Positions 23,277 to 36,264 of a DNA stretch of 64,000 nt are shown in pieces. Position numbers and translations under genes: made by a program. The stretch spans positions 11,904,001 through 11,968,000 of the forward strand of contig JBHGNT010000013.1 of assembly GCA_043228905.1 (NCBI GenBank). Reading direction: 5' to 3'. Each line of letters opens with the position of its first letter. Within the stretch, counting starts at the first letter, position 1. The notes below the pieces were generated by a model, which was given only the letters and a program-made list of their open reading frames with translations, was not told the DNA's origin and searched no databases. Source of the DNA: Azolla caroliniana. Lineage: Eukaryota; Plantae; Polypodiophyta.

Positions 23277-26200
23277 TTATTTTATGGTTTTCACGTAGTG
23301 TGTGGAATACACTACGACACTCGCCCCCTCCGAACCCGCACATCCTCCGGTATGTGCCGAAGTTCTCGATTCCCCATCTCCGTCTTCACCCAAAGTTTCC
23401 TCCGATTCTCCCCTTATGTCGACTATGAGTTGTAATTCACTTTCTTCGCTTCCCGCATCACCGTGGTCCTCGTCCGATTGCTCCTCGTTGTCGGCCTTGG
23501 CTTGGATCACATAGGGTTTGTCGTCGGTCCGCTTCTTGAAAATCTTCACCCGCTTCCCGGCTATAGGCACTCGTAGTATTGTTCCATCCAACTCGGACAG
23601 TCGGTACGTTCCGTTGTCGAAGACTTTCCGAACCTCGTATGGCCCGAACCACCTTTTCGAGAATTTCCGCATCGTTGTATGTTGATGGTCCAAACTACTG
23701 TCATAGACGATCACCCAGTCTCCTTCTTCAATCCTCCTCGGTCGTAGTCGGTGCTTTGTGTCGAACCGGCTTTTGTTCCTTAATCGTGCTTCTTGTTGTC
23801 GGCGTATTGCTTCCGCTATGTCTGCCGATCTCCCCTCTAGTTGTCGTATCCGGACCGCTAGTAGTTCTTCCCGGCTGATCTCTTCCTTCCACGGTAGCAC
23901 TGTCCATGTTGCGATCACGGTTTCCGTCGGCATTACCGGTGCTTGTCCGGTCATGAGTTCTGCCGACATGTACCCGGTTATGGAGCTATGCGTCGTCCGA
24001 TCCGCCCATAGTGCATACGGAAGCATCTGCGGCCAGTCCTTCACCTTTCCATCGCATGCCTTTGCAAGTGCTTTCACGATCGGACTATGTCCTCGTTCGA
24101 TTTTCCCGTTGGCCTCCGGATTGTATGCCGTTGTCAGCGATAACCGAACTCCGTGTTTGGCGAAGAATCCCCTAGCTTTGTCCGAGTCGAGTTCCCCCCG
24201 GTCCGCAATCACTTGTCCTACGCACCCGTACCTACAAAATACTTCCTCCAAAAGAAATTGGCATACCGCGGAACACGTTTTCCTCTGAAGTGCTCGACCT
24301 TCTACTTGATTCGTGAGATCTTCCCGAGCTAATACCAAGTATTTCTTTTGTCCGATCCCGGTCGGCATGGCCACTATGTCAACCATCCACTTGAAGTTGA
24401 TTGTCGGTGAGAATGTCGGATGTAACTCATCTCGATGTCGAACCCCGGAGTAGACTTGACATTTCTCGCAGCTCTCTGTGAACTCCGCGACATCTTTGTA
24501 CATTTTCTTCCACCAATATTTTTGCTTGATCTTCACAAATGTTGCCCATGTTCCACGGTGTCCAGCCCAATCGGATTCGTGAAACTCGGACATTATCCGG
24601 TCTTGTTGCTCTTTTGTCCCGACTACTCGAAGCGGTATACCATCCGGTCTTTTAGGCGCCCTCCATATTAATCCGTTTTCCAAGAAGAACTTTTGGACTT
24701 GCCTCTTCTTCCTTCGGATCTCGGCTCTTCTTCCTTTATCGTTTGTCGAGTCCTCGGCCTCTTGTAACATCTTTCCGATCATCAAACTTTCTCCCTCATA
24801 TTCTTCTTCCCGAAATTCTCGGATTACGTTCACTCGGCATATGTGCTCCGACGCGAAGTAGTCTTCGGAAACTTCTTCATTATCCGATTCGGTTATGTCG
24901 TCTCCGAACCGAGCCCTTGATAACATATCCGCTATCGTGTTTTCCTTCCCCGAGATGTGTCGAACCTCCGGATTAAGCGACTTGATATATGCAACCCACC
25001 TTAGCATAGCTACATCTGGTATCGTACAACACCGCATCATCCCGAGTATCGGAAGACAATCCGTCTCGATCACCACTTCGGCTCTGATCAAATAATCCCG
25101 ATCCGATTTTATCGCCGACACGACTCCCCACAGTTCTCTTTTGACTTGTGCATTTCCACATTGCCTTTCGTTGAGAACCTTTGCTCCGAATCGGATCGGA
25201 TACCGCGAACCATCCGAGTCGGCTTGATTGATGACCCACCCGATACCGGTTGGACTTGTATCAACCGTTACTATGATCGGTCGGTCGTAGCTCGGCTTCT
25301 TAAGTGCTTCCGCCCTCCGAAGTGTCTTCTTCAATTTCTTCATGGCTTTGGTGTGTTCCGGTTTCCATTCGAATTTCTTACCTTTCCGCAACAAGTGGTA
25401 GAGCAGGTCCGCTATATGTGCGTAGTGCGGAATCCATATGTGATAGAATGCACATGCACCGAGAAACCTTCGGACTTCGGATGTTGACTCGCATACTTCC
25501 TCCATAGCTTGAATCGCATCGATCTTTGTTGGTGACGGTCTTCGGCCGTAGGGCCCACATAGATGTCCGACCACCAATATTTCTTCTTGCCCGAATGCCG
25601 ATTTCTCCCCGGAAAGTGTTAGGTGCACATCTTCTAGCTTTCGCAACACTTTCTCGCAATCATGAATATGGTCGACCACGAACTTTCGGCATCCCCGATC
25701 ATCCATAGTCTCATCTTTTTCTTCTACTGCGCATCCTTTCATCGGAATGTCATCGAGGAACGGCATCGTTATCTCCGGAATGCAGTCTCGAAGCACCTTG
25801 TTCATCGCGTTCATCATATGAGCAACCGAGTTTGTCGCTCCTTGTGGTAGTGTGCACATTCGGACTAATCCTATCGGTGTTCACATGATTGTGATGTCTC
25901 GGCTCTCCACGGCTAGTTGGAATTGGTCATACCCCGAGTATAGGTCTCCGATGGAGTATATCGCACGACCGGCAAAAGCTTCCGCAAATTCGTCCACTAT
26001 CGGACCGACTCCCGAGTTCCGGATCGTGACCTTATTCACCGGTTGCAAGTCTTGGATAAATCGGAGTGACCCATTCTTCTTCGGAACCGTAAACCATCGA
26101 TTTGAGTACGGAGCAGTTCATGGCTCTAGAATCCCCATCGTCACCTTCTCCTTGAGCAAGTCAATGACTTTCGGAATATGCGCTCGTGGTATCGGAATCG

Positions 26201-26911
26201 GCTTCAGGTTCCACGGTACATGGTCAATTGTGAAGATCACCATCGGCTCCACTATTCTCGGATCGACGCACCCTATCTCCCTTGATGTAAATGCAAACGC
26301 TTTGCCGTGTTGCTCCAACATCTCGCAAAACCGTTCTTCTTCTTTTTGTAATAGGAACCCACCTCCACCGATCCGAAGTTTCTTCCGGGTCTCATCCGTG
26401 AAGGCATGTCCGATATCCACGGTCTTCCGAAGTGTGGGATCTCTCGAGACTTCTTTCCTCTTTTGTTCGCTATCGGCGGGTAGTGGTCCCGCAGCCGGTT
26501 TCACCTTCTTCTCCACGGTCTTGTATTTCGTACTTACCATTGCTTCTTCTTTACGGAGCGTATCCGGCTCCATTTTCGCAATGATCTCGTACATCTCGAC
26601 CGATTCCACCGGGACTACCCGGTTCCCTTGGCTTTTATCTTCCGCAAGCTCTTCAAGTCGTTGTAGCGTGCTCCCATAGAACACTTCCTCGACTATCCCC
26701 ACGATTTCTTCATCTTCTTTTATTATTGATGCCGACCGCAACTTATCCTCCACTTGTCGGTATCCTTTCTTCAATCCTCTGGTTACGGTCGTGTACGTAG
26801 ATGCCCCATCCGGACCGATTCGTACATGTTTTGCTCCGAGAGTTTTCTTCCTGTGTGGGGTATCAGGGCTTCTCGGACTATCACTTCACCACTCCGCAAC
26901 AGTCCGCTTTA
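23277..26911 (-). pseudogene. Element B pol (RT, RNase H, integrase) with a few disruptions
   Basis: ORFs 26774-26118 and 25859-23277; PFLDD, TVDTS, GHRG..C..C, ADRG, GPY; acidic C-terminal tail; no chromodomain recognised. Confidence 0.88.
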
Positions 26912-28951
26912 AAAATCCATTCTCACTTGGGACAAGAGTTCCCTCTTGTTCCTTTCGTGATTTGCCGGCACCGTTAGGAATTGGACGGATTTCATACCGT
27001 TTTGGCTCCGAATTCGCGCAAAAGCCGCACCGCTATCGAGCACCTTCGTCTCCATCCGTGATGCTGTGATAAAGGGTTGGCCGAGGATGACGGAATGTGA
27101 AACCTCATCTTGCACGAAGAAATTTTGGTCGATCTCGACATCCCCGATCTTCACCGTCACATCCGGACAAGCCGCAAATAGATCTTCCGTTGCTTTGGTG
27201 GCCGCCCGAATCTTCCATCCATGGTTGGTGTTAATAGGCCACTTCCCCTTCCGGTAGAACTCCTTGGACATCAAGTTGATCTCTGATCCGTGATCAATCA
27301 ATGCTAGCACGGGTTCTTTGATGTTGCCGATTCGGACCAGAGTCTCCGTAGTCGCGCGTGCCCAATGTGGCCTTGTATAGTGGGAGTTCGGAATTTCGTC
27401 CTCCACTTCGGTGTCATTCATTAAAACAGTGTTCGCATTCACCCTTGGAGCATTTTCCTCCGTACTTTGTCTTTTTCGCTTCACGAGATCCACGAGAAGA
27501 TCGTGGAACTCCTTCTTTGCTATTCCGAGTAGCTCCCGAAGCGAGAAATCTACCCGGCTATCCAAGATTCTTTCCTCGAACACTCTTTTCAAGTCGGTTT
27601 GTTGTTCTATGTCCGAGGCGATCTTGAATGCCGGAGTCGCCTTTTCTTTTCCCTTACTTCCGGAGTTCCAGCTTTCCGGTATCTTCGATGGCCCGGCCGC
27701 ATCCTCCGTGCGTCGTCGTTTCTCGTCCACATACACCTTATGCAATTGACACAGGGCGTATACGCTATTCTTGTCGACAGGGCACTCCCATCCCGTAGCT
27801 TCTCGGATGCCTTCCGCGGTGCTTCGGATCTCGTTGGAGTCGATTTTCTCGGTGTTTTCTAGAACTTCCGGCCAAAAAGACGTCTTTGCTCTCGATGACT
27901 CCCCGACACATATTCCCGTGGTTGTCGCATAGTTGCTTCTTGCCGCCAATTCCTCCTCGAGCACCTTCTTCATGCCGCCTTTCCGGAAGTTCGGTCGGAG
28001 TGGCTTCCGAGAGTCCATCGAATGAATCCGGTTTCCCTCGTAGTAGATGAGATCCCGCCGTAGCGCCTCCTTATGCTCGTCGCAATCCCTCCAATCGTGT
28101 TCGGCGCTATCGCACCATATGCACCGTCGGTCCGTATACTTGGAGCTTGTGGGGCGATCATCCGACTTCTTCACCATCGCGATCTTCAGATTCACCATCT
28201 CCTTCAATAGTTGCTCCACTGTAGATGCATCAATCCCCTTCTCGGTTGTAGTCTCTCGAGCCCTCGGTTGATGGTCTTCCAATCCGGTTCTCGGTTTCGG
28301 AATCGGTTCCGAAACCCTCTTTTCCTCATCGGCAAGCCATTGCCCCCTCTTCGTGTATCGCGCGACGATATCCCGCACGCTTTCCCATGTTTCGGTGAGG
28401 CCGCTCTCCGTGGTCGTGTCCTCCAAGAGCACTCTGAGATCATTCCGGTCCCGGACGTCCACGGCTCGCAAGAACATGATTACCTTGTCCGGTACGAGGA
28501 TAGCTTGATCTCTCGCGGACAACCTCCCGAACCGGCTTTCGAATGCCGAAAACACATCAACGACCTTCAATCCCTTGTCCGGCGTCTCCACCCAATCTTC
28601 GAATCCCCTTCGCGTCGCCTTGGAGGAATCCTCGATGGCGAACGTCCTCTTTAGCTCTACTTCAAACGCCTCCCATGTCGGATTTTGCTGTCGTAGCCCA
28701 TGGATGCTTGCTTGAAGCCCGTCGGTCGCCACCCGGTTGAAGGACGTCACTTGCAGTCCTTCCGATATTCCGCACCGTAGCATCTCCGCCTTGTAGTCCC
28801 GAAGATACCGCGACACGTCTTTCCCGTTGAATTGCCCGTTTCGTTGCACAAGCTGCTCCACTGATGCCGCTATCTCCGACATCGCGCGTTGTTCTTGTAG
28901 CATGCGCTCGAACATCATCATCATGTTGCTAGCCTCCGGTTGATTTTCCAT
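26909..28951 (-). CDS. Element B Gag-protease polyprotein (680 aa, intact)
   Basis: CIWCDSAEHDWRDC zinc knuckle; LIDHGSEIN...VILGQPF protease; ends at GAT TTT TAA. Confidence 0.85.
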   Translation of the reverse strand: MENQPEASNMMMMFERMLQEQRAMSEIAASVEQLVQRNGQFNGKDVSRYLRDYKAEMLRCGISEGLQVTSFNRVATDGLQASIHGLRQQNPTWEAFEVELKRTFAIEDSSKATRRGFEDWVETPDKGLKVVDVFSAFESRFGRLSARDQAILVPDKVIMFLRAVDVRDRNDLRVLLEDTTTESGLTETWESVRDIVARYTKRGQWLADEEKRVSEPIPKPRTGLEDHQPRARETTTEKGIDASTVEQLLKEMVNLKIAMVKKSDDRPTSSKYTDRRCIWCDSAEHDWRDCDEHKEALRRDLIYYEGNRIHSMDSRKPLRPNFRKGGMKKVLEEELAARSNYATTTGICVGESSRAKTSFWPEVLENTEKIDSNEIRSTAEGIREATGWECPVDKNSVYALCQLHKVYVDEKRRRTEDAAGPSKIPESWNSGSKGKEKATPAFKIASDIEQQTDLKRVFEERILDSRVDFSLRELLGIAKKEFHDLLVDLVKRKRQSTEENAPRVNANTVLMNDTEVEDEIPNSHYTRPHWARATTETLVRIGNIKEPVLALIDHGSEINLMSKEFYRKGKWPINTNHGWKIRAATKATEDLFAACPDVTVKIGDVEIDQNFFVQDEVSHSVILGQPFITASRMETKVLDSGAAFARIRSQNGMKSVQFLTVPANHERNKRELLSQVRMDF

Positions 28952-29697
28952 CTCCTTGCCACCCGGTTGTTCACGTCGGGTTCACCAACTATGTCGAGCC
29001 CTTCGGCTCCGGATCGTTGCGTGAGTCGGGTGGGAACCGCCGAGGTTTTGGACTAGGAGGAAGAGGAATACAACTTAAGGCTAGTTATGAATAATAGGAA
29101 GAGAAGTAAGATAGTAATCTCGTGAATCCCACGAGTTTAGTGTATTTTAAAACAATATTTAGATTATAAGAGTAATTTAGATGGCAAAATTCGTGAATCC
29201 CACGAATATATTAGATTGATCAATTCTTCTATATTAATCAACAACCATATACATATTTTTCTCCTCCTTATATAAAGATGGAAGAGGCTAAGCATGGCTT
29301 CATGCTTTTTCACCTAAAGTGCCCATGCACACTAAATGTGCATGTGATGTTTTGTCATTTCCTAAATATAGGGCTCGTGCACGCTAGATGTGCATGAGTC
29401 ACTTTTAATGTCACGTGTAAATAAAATATTCACACTCTAAAGAATACATGATTTTTACCTTTTAATAAAGGTATGTGTAAATAAAGGTCTTATACGTATT
29501 AAATCTATATTTATAACACTAAAGATAAGTTATTACGATGGTAAAGTTGGGGTTTATCTACGTGGAGGTGCATGGTTCAAATCCTACCCTATGCACGTGA
29601 TAAATTCTTTTCATATATTATTTATTTATTTATATGTATCTAAATTCGGATATATTATTTTATGGTTTTCACGTAGTGTGTGGAATACACTACGACA

Positions 29698-30651
29698 ACG
29701 GAAATTGGCAGCATATGTCAAAGCTGTTTGATTACCTTGATGAAGTGTACGAATCTTGTTGATAGTTGTTCTCGCCCCATCAGTATCTCCGAAACAAGCC
29801 TTAAATTCCTTGATAAATTCCTCGAAATTATTTAGTAGAGGAGAATTGGTCTCTAGCAATGGAGCAAACCACGACAATGTTATGCCAGTCAATAAGGTGC
29901 CCACTAGCCCGACTCGTGATGCATTTCTTGGATAACGCGCGGGATGCATTTGAATCACCAACCGTACTTGATTCAAGAAACCTCGGAAATGCACCCTCAA
30001 CCCATCAAATTTAGCTGGGAGGCTAATTTTGGGCTCCTTGATAAGTCCCTGACCTTCAACCCTTTGTTGTTGTAACACTACGATTGTCGACTCTAACTGT
30101 TGCACTCGTCGCGTGAACTCCTCTTGTTGTTGTTGCTTCTCTATAGTAACCTTTTGTAGATCCCCAAGTAGACGTTGATTCTCTACTTCAAGAGATGTGA
30201 ACTTGGATTTAAGGTTCTCCATTTCTGCAACAAGGGTGAGATATTCTTCTGAGTTAATGGCAGCCATGGTTTTAGGATGGTTACAAAGGAGGATAAGAGA
30301 GAGAGAGAGAATAAGATAGAGAAAGAAAGAGAATGGATACAAGATATGTAATGAGAGCTAAAGACTGGTGTTGATTCGAATTGATTTGAGAATACATGTA
30401 TGCCCTTATTTATAGGTTCCTATAGAATAGCTTAGAGATTTCTAGAATGCTCTAGAATGTCCTAGAGCTAGAATGCTCTAGGACATTCTAGAATAATCTA
30501 GAGGTTTTACAATAATCAATGTCATACAAGAAGTAGTTTTTATTGTTTCATATAACAATAAGCTATCTTAATGGTTAAGGTTTTCAAGTATGGATTACAA
30601 GGTTCAAGGTTCAAGTCCGAGTGACGCCATAATGGTCATGTGTTCATGACA
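29698..30651 (-). mobile_element. Tcn1-like relative J: LTR start plus gag, truncated by element B
   Basis: TGTCA start at 30651; gag KEPKISLPAKFDG...KACFGDTD...YAANFR is homologous to ~2640-2980. Confidence 0.85.
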
Positions 30652-30919
30652 GCTGGACGTGAAAACGGCATTCCTTCACGGTGACCTCGAAGAGGAGATC
30701 TACATGCAACAACCGGAAGAATTCATGGATAAAGGGAAGGAGCACCTGGTTTTCCGGTTAAAGAAGAGCCTATACGGACTGAAGCAGACTCTCCGACAAT
30801 GGTACCGGAAGTTCGATTCCTTCATGACCGACCAAGGGTATTACAAAATGCAAACCGATCACTGCGTGTTTGTGAAGAAGTTCGAAGGAGGCAACTTCTT
30901 GATACTCCTTCTGTATGTG

Positions 30920-33900
30920 TGTTGGGAATCAACGCTTCGATTCACCTTCACCACTCGGCCACAACCGAGTAAGCGCGAATCAATGGAGCAGAAAATAGGA
31001 ACCACAAAGAGAAACAAAAACGCGAACACACAAGGATTAACGTGGAAAACCCTAGACGGGAAAAACCACGGGAGTACAAGACTCCAAACCAACACTATAC
31101 AGAGAAGTATACAATGGCGAGCTGCAAGGCGACGACCTTGAGCTCGCTGTCCTCGCCACAGGAGGCGGAAATACAAAGAGGCGTCGTCCTCTTCCTCTCT
31201 CACGCTCTATCTCTCTCTCTCTCTCTCACGGCTGCTCCCTCTTCACTCCTCTTGAGTGGAAAAACAGAAAAATGATTAGCAGCTGCAAAGCTGTTTGCCC
31301 TAAGTCATATTTATACATATATGACTTTGGGGCTATTTACAACTATAGCCTCAGGGGCCCATAGCGAACATATTCACGGATATGTCCCTGCATCCGGATC
31401 GCTCTCCGGGTACATTCGTCATCCGGCACCGAAGCCGGGGTCTTCAACATCCGGATCCGAAACCGAAACCGGGCTCGTCGGCATTCATCTCCGACATCCG
31501 ACCATCCCATCCGAAGGGATCGTAATCCCAACAAACTCCCCCTTCACTTCGGCATGGGATGTCTTTCTAATCCGATCCTCTTCCGGCATGCTTCCAGCTT
31601 GTCGGGTGTGAGGACCTTGGTCAGCATATCCGGCCCGTTCTCGTCCGTGTGGATCTTTGTCAGCACGAACTCCTTGTCTTCTATCCTTTCCCGGATCCAG
31701 TGATATCTTCGCTGGATGTGCTTCGTCCGGGAGTGATAGGCCGCGTTCTTCGCAAGGTGGATTGCACTCTGACTGTCACAGTAGAGTCGGTACTCCTCCT
31801 GCCGGATACCGAGCTCTCTAATGAAGTCCTTCATCCATATTACTTCCTTGCCGGCTTCAACAGCCGCCATGTACTCCTCCTCCGTAGTTGACAACGCAAC
31901 CGTCTTCTGCAGCCTCGACTGCCATGAAACAGCTCCCCCTGCATACGTCATCACATACCCTGATGTGGACCGGCTGGTATCTGCATCAGCCGACATATCC
32001 GAATCGGTAAAGCCGTCGAGTTCGGGCTTACCGGAGCCGAATCGGAGGCACACGTTTGCCGTGCCCTTCAGGTATCGGAGTATCCACTTGGCCGCGTTCC
32101 AATGCTCTTTGCCGAGATTGCTCATGTACCGGCTCACCACTCCGACTGCATATCCGATGTCCGGTCTCGTACACACCATGGCGTACATCAAGCTCCCGAC
32201 GGCTGAGGCATACGGCACTTTCATCATATCCTCCTTTTCAGCCTTTGTCTTGGGACTTTGCTTGTTGGACAGCTTGCAGTTTGCCGGGAGGGTCGATCCG
32301 ACCGGTCTTGCTTCCGACATGTTGAACCGGTGAAGCACCTTCGTCACGTACTTCTCCTGTGACAGCCACAACTGCTTCTTCTTCCGGTCCCGGATGATGT
32401 GCATCCCTAGTATTTGCCTCGCCGGACCCAAGTCCTTCATTGAGAAGGTTCGGTGAAGAGCCTTCTTCAGCATCCGTATCTTGACCTGGTCCCGTCCGAC
32501 GATCAACATGTCGTCCACGTACAGGAGGAGTATTAGGAAGTCTCCTCCTTCGAACTTCTTCACAAACACGCAGTGGTCGGACTGTGTTTTGAGGTACCCT
32601 TCGTCGGTCATGAAGGAGTCGATTTTCCGGTACCATTGCCGGGGAGCCTGCTTCAGTCCGTAAAGGCTCTTCTTCAACCGGCATACCAGGTGCTCCTTCC
32701 CTTTCTTCTCGAATCCTTCCGGTTGCTGCATGTAGATCTCTTCATCGAGGTCACCGTGAAGGAATGCCGTCTTCACGTCCATCTGTTCTACCTCGAGGTC
32801 CATGCTTGCCGCTATGCTCAGCAACGTCCGGATGGAGGTCATCTTCACTACCGGGGCAAATATCTCGTCGAAGTCGACGCCCTTCTTCTGCTGAAACCCC
32901 TTCACCACGATCCTGGCTTTGTATCTCGGGGGGTTTCCGGCATCTCCCGGTTTCAGCTTGAACACCCACTTGTTTCGAAGTGCCCGCTTTCCTTTCGGCA
33001 ACTCCACAAGTTCATATGTGTGGTTCTCATGCAGGGAATCCATCTCGTCCTGCATGGCACTCAACCACCTGCGGCTCTGGGTGTCGTGCTTTGCTTCTTC
33101 AAAGCTCTCCGGCTCCCCCTCGTCGGTTAGCAGCACGTGCTCTGGATCCGGAAATCTCCGGGGGGCCCTCCTCTCTCTTAGAGGATATCTCCGTTCGGGA
33201 GCTTCGGTAACCGGTTCTTCCGATTCTTCTTCTTCATCCGAATCCATTTCGGGATCGGGGCCGGTTCCGGTATCATTTTCATCTTCTTCGGCCGGTTCTG
33301 TTTCTTCACCGTCTTCGGCCGGATCCTCGAGTGCTAACCGGTCCCTTGCCGGTCGGGACTACTCCTCATAAAGTTGATCCTCACCGGTTGACTTGGAGCT
33401 CTTCATCTTCTTCTACGACTCCCAGTCGGCGAGTGTCTTGTTCTCCATGAAGATGATATCACGACTCCGGAATATCTTCTTGTCAACCGGGTCCCATACT
33501 CGGTAGCCGAACTCGTCATCGCCGTAACCGAGGAATATGCATGGCCGGGTCTTTGGATCTAGCTTTCCTCTCCGGTCCTTTGCCACATGCACATATGCGA
33601 GACACCCGAACACCTTCAGATGCCGGTAGGACACTTCCTTACCGGTCCACACTTTCTGCGGCGTGTCTCCGTCCAAAGGTACTGAGGGTGATCTGTTTAT
33701 CACGTTTGTCGCCGTCGACATTGCCTCAGCCCAAAACCCCATGGGTAATTTCGCATGCGCCAGCATACTCCGGACCCTCTCCATTATGGTCCGGTTCATC
33801 CTCTCGGCCAGCCCGTTCAGTTCCGGCGTCTTCGGCACAGTAAACTCGAGTCGGATTCCCTTCGAGCGACAGTACTCCTGGAACTGCCCCCGGTATTCCC

Positions 33901-36264
33901 CTCCGTTATCCGCTCGTATCGCTTTCAGCTTCTTGCCGGATTCCCTTTCCACTCTCGCGTGGAGTTCTTTGAAGACGCACAACACTTGGTCCTTTGTCTT
34001 CATCGGTGCCGTCCACAGTTTTCGGCTATGATCATCGATGAATGTTACGAAGTATTGGGCTCCGCCATGTGACTTCGTTTCTACCTGACACACATCAGTG
34101 TGCACCAACTCCAATGGTGCGCTACGTCTCGTCGGTGGCCTTGAGTGGAAGGAGGTTCGGTTCTGCTTACCGGCCAGGCAATCGGTGCACTTCTCCAGGT
34201 GCACTTGCTTCACTGGAATGAGGTTGTCTTCTGCAAGCCTCTTCATCCCCTTCTCACTCATGTGGCACAGTCTTTTGTGCCACAGCTCACCGGCAGTGTC
34301 GGCTGCCACATTCAGCTCTTCCGGACATAACCGGGCATTCATCAGGTACAGTGTGTTGTCTTTCCGGGCCCGAGCCACTATCAGGCTCCCCTTGCTGAAC
34401 TTCATTACGTCGTTCCGGATGCTACCTGTGTAGCCTTCATCGTCTAGCCTCCCGACCGAAATCAGGTTCAATCGAACCTCCGGAACGTGTCGGACATCCT
34501 TCAGCAGCATTTTGCATCCGATCGGGGTTGTCAACCACACGTCTCCTATGCCGGCAATCCGGCACGTACCTTCATTTCCCATCCGAACACAGCCATGCTC
34601 ACCGGCTGTGTAGGATGAGAAGTATCTTCTCTCCGGGGTCAGGTGGAACGATGCTCCGGAATCGACCACCCAGGTCGTCTCATCGCCGGCAACGTTTAGT
34701 TCACCTTCTTCGGTGATGAGCATGATTTCCTCCTCACTTGCCGCGAGTGCCGTTGTTCCTTTCCGGTCCTGCCCTCGCCGATCCGAACCTCTCCGGTCCG
34801 TGGCTCCCCAGTATGCACCGTTTCTCTCTGGTGACTTCTTCGAATCGGTGTCGTCGGCTCCGTTGTCTTTTCGGTAATGCCGACAATTCTTTCGGAAGTG
34901 CCCCGGTTTCCCACAGTGGAAGCATGTGGGCCTTCCTCTTGACTGCGACCGGGTCCCCGACTTCTCCCGTCTTTGCGGACTCCGGTTCCATTGTCTTCCC
35001 CGATCCGATTCGGTAAGCAGCGCCTTCGGGTCGGAGGCCGGTTCTTTATCTCTCCGACGCGCTTCTTCGTTCAAAATACTTGTCTTTACCGTTTGCAAGG
35101 ACAAGTTATCTTCTGTGCAGGAGGTGCTGAGAGTCACCACCAAGTTCTCCCAGCTTTCCGGCAATGTACACATCAGGATGATGGCTTGCATTGCATCCTC
35201 CAACGGGAACTTGATCGCCGCAAGCTGATTCACGAATCCCATGAACGTGCTTACGTGTTCCACCATACTCTCGCCGTCCCGGTACTTGAGATTCACTATC
35301 TTCCTCATCAGGGAGGTCCGGTTCAACGCATTCTTCCTCTCATAGAGGCCCGACAGCTTCCGCCACATCTCATATGCGTTGGTGTCGTTCGCCACATGTT
35401 GTAGAACGCTCACGTCGACGTATTGCCGAATGGTTGCAACGGCTTTCCGGTTCAAAAGCCTCCATTCCGACTCAAGTACCCCTTTCGGTATTTCCGACCT
35501 GTCAATCGGTTCGTACAGGTCCCGAACAATCAGAAGATCCTCCATCTTGATCTTCCAGTCGGCGTAATTCTGCGCATTCAGCACCATCATCCCCGGCTGC
35601 CCGCTGCCGCCGCCTTCCATTTTCTGCAGCAGTTCGCTCTGATACCAGTTTGTTGGGAATCAACGCTTCGATTCACCTTCACCACTCGGCCACAACCGAG
35701 TAAGCGCGAATCAATGGAGTAGAAAATAGGAACCACAAAGAGAAACAAAAACGCGAACACACAGGGATTAACGTGGAAAAGCCTAGACGGGAAAAACCAC
35801 GGGAGTACAAGACTCCAAACCAACACTATACAGAGAAGTATACAATGGCGAGCTGCAAGGCGACGACCTTGAGCTCGCTGTCCTCGCCACAGGAGGCGGA
35901 AATACAAAGAGGCGTCGTCCTCTTCCTCTCTCACGCTCTATCTCTCTCTCTCTCTCTCACGGCTGCTCCCTCTTCACTCCTCTTGAGTGGAAAAACAGAA
36001 AAATGATTAGCAGCTGCAAAGCTGTTTGCCCTAAGTCATATTTATACATATATGACTTTGGGGCTATTTACAACTATAGCCTCAGGGGCCCATAGCGAAC
36101 ATATTCACGGATATGTCCCTGCATCCGGATCGCTCTCCGGGTACATTCGTCATCCGGCACCGAAGCCGGGGTCTTCAACATCCGGATCCGAAACCGAAAC
36201 CGGGCTCGTCGGCATTCATCTCCGACATCCGACCATCCCATCCGAAGGGATCGTAATCCCAACA
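30920..36264 (-). mobile_element. Near-intact young Ty1/copia element F (Tnt1/Tork-like), TSD ATGTG
   Basis: 614-bp LTRs 30920-31533 and 35651-36264 with about 3 visible differences; ATGTG at 30915-30919 and 36265-36269; Met PBS 35636-35647; PPT at ~31536-31545. Confidence 0.96.
31544..35620 (-). CDS. Element F gag-pol polyprotein (gag, PR, INT, RT, RH); one frame with two in-frame TAG stops
   Basis: 735-aa ORF 35620-33413 and 567-aa ORF 33247-31544 are in the same frame; TAG at 33415-33413 and 33361-33359. Confidence 0.88.

Larger units (their letters stand above)
22614..29697 (-). mobile_element. Ty3/gypsy element B (tRNA-Trp PBS), two 706-bp LTRs, non-matching flanks
   Basis: LTRs 22614-23319 and 28992-29697; PBS 28970-28987; purine tract next to 23320; gag-PR 28951-26909; pol ~26900-23277. 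Confidence 0.93.

Noticed and set aside
22610-29701. ACGT/ACGG as a mutated TSD of element B
   Set aside because: The flanking hosts are different elements; the resemblance is better explained by a CG target preference.
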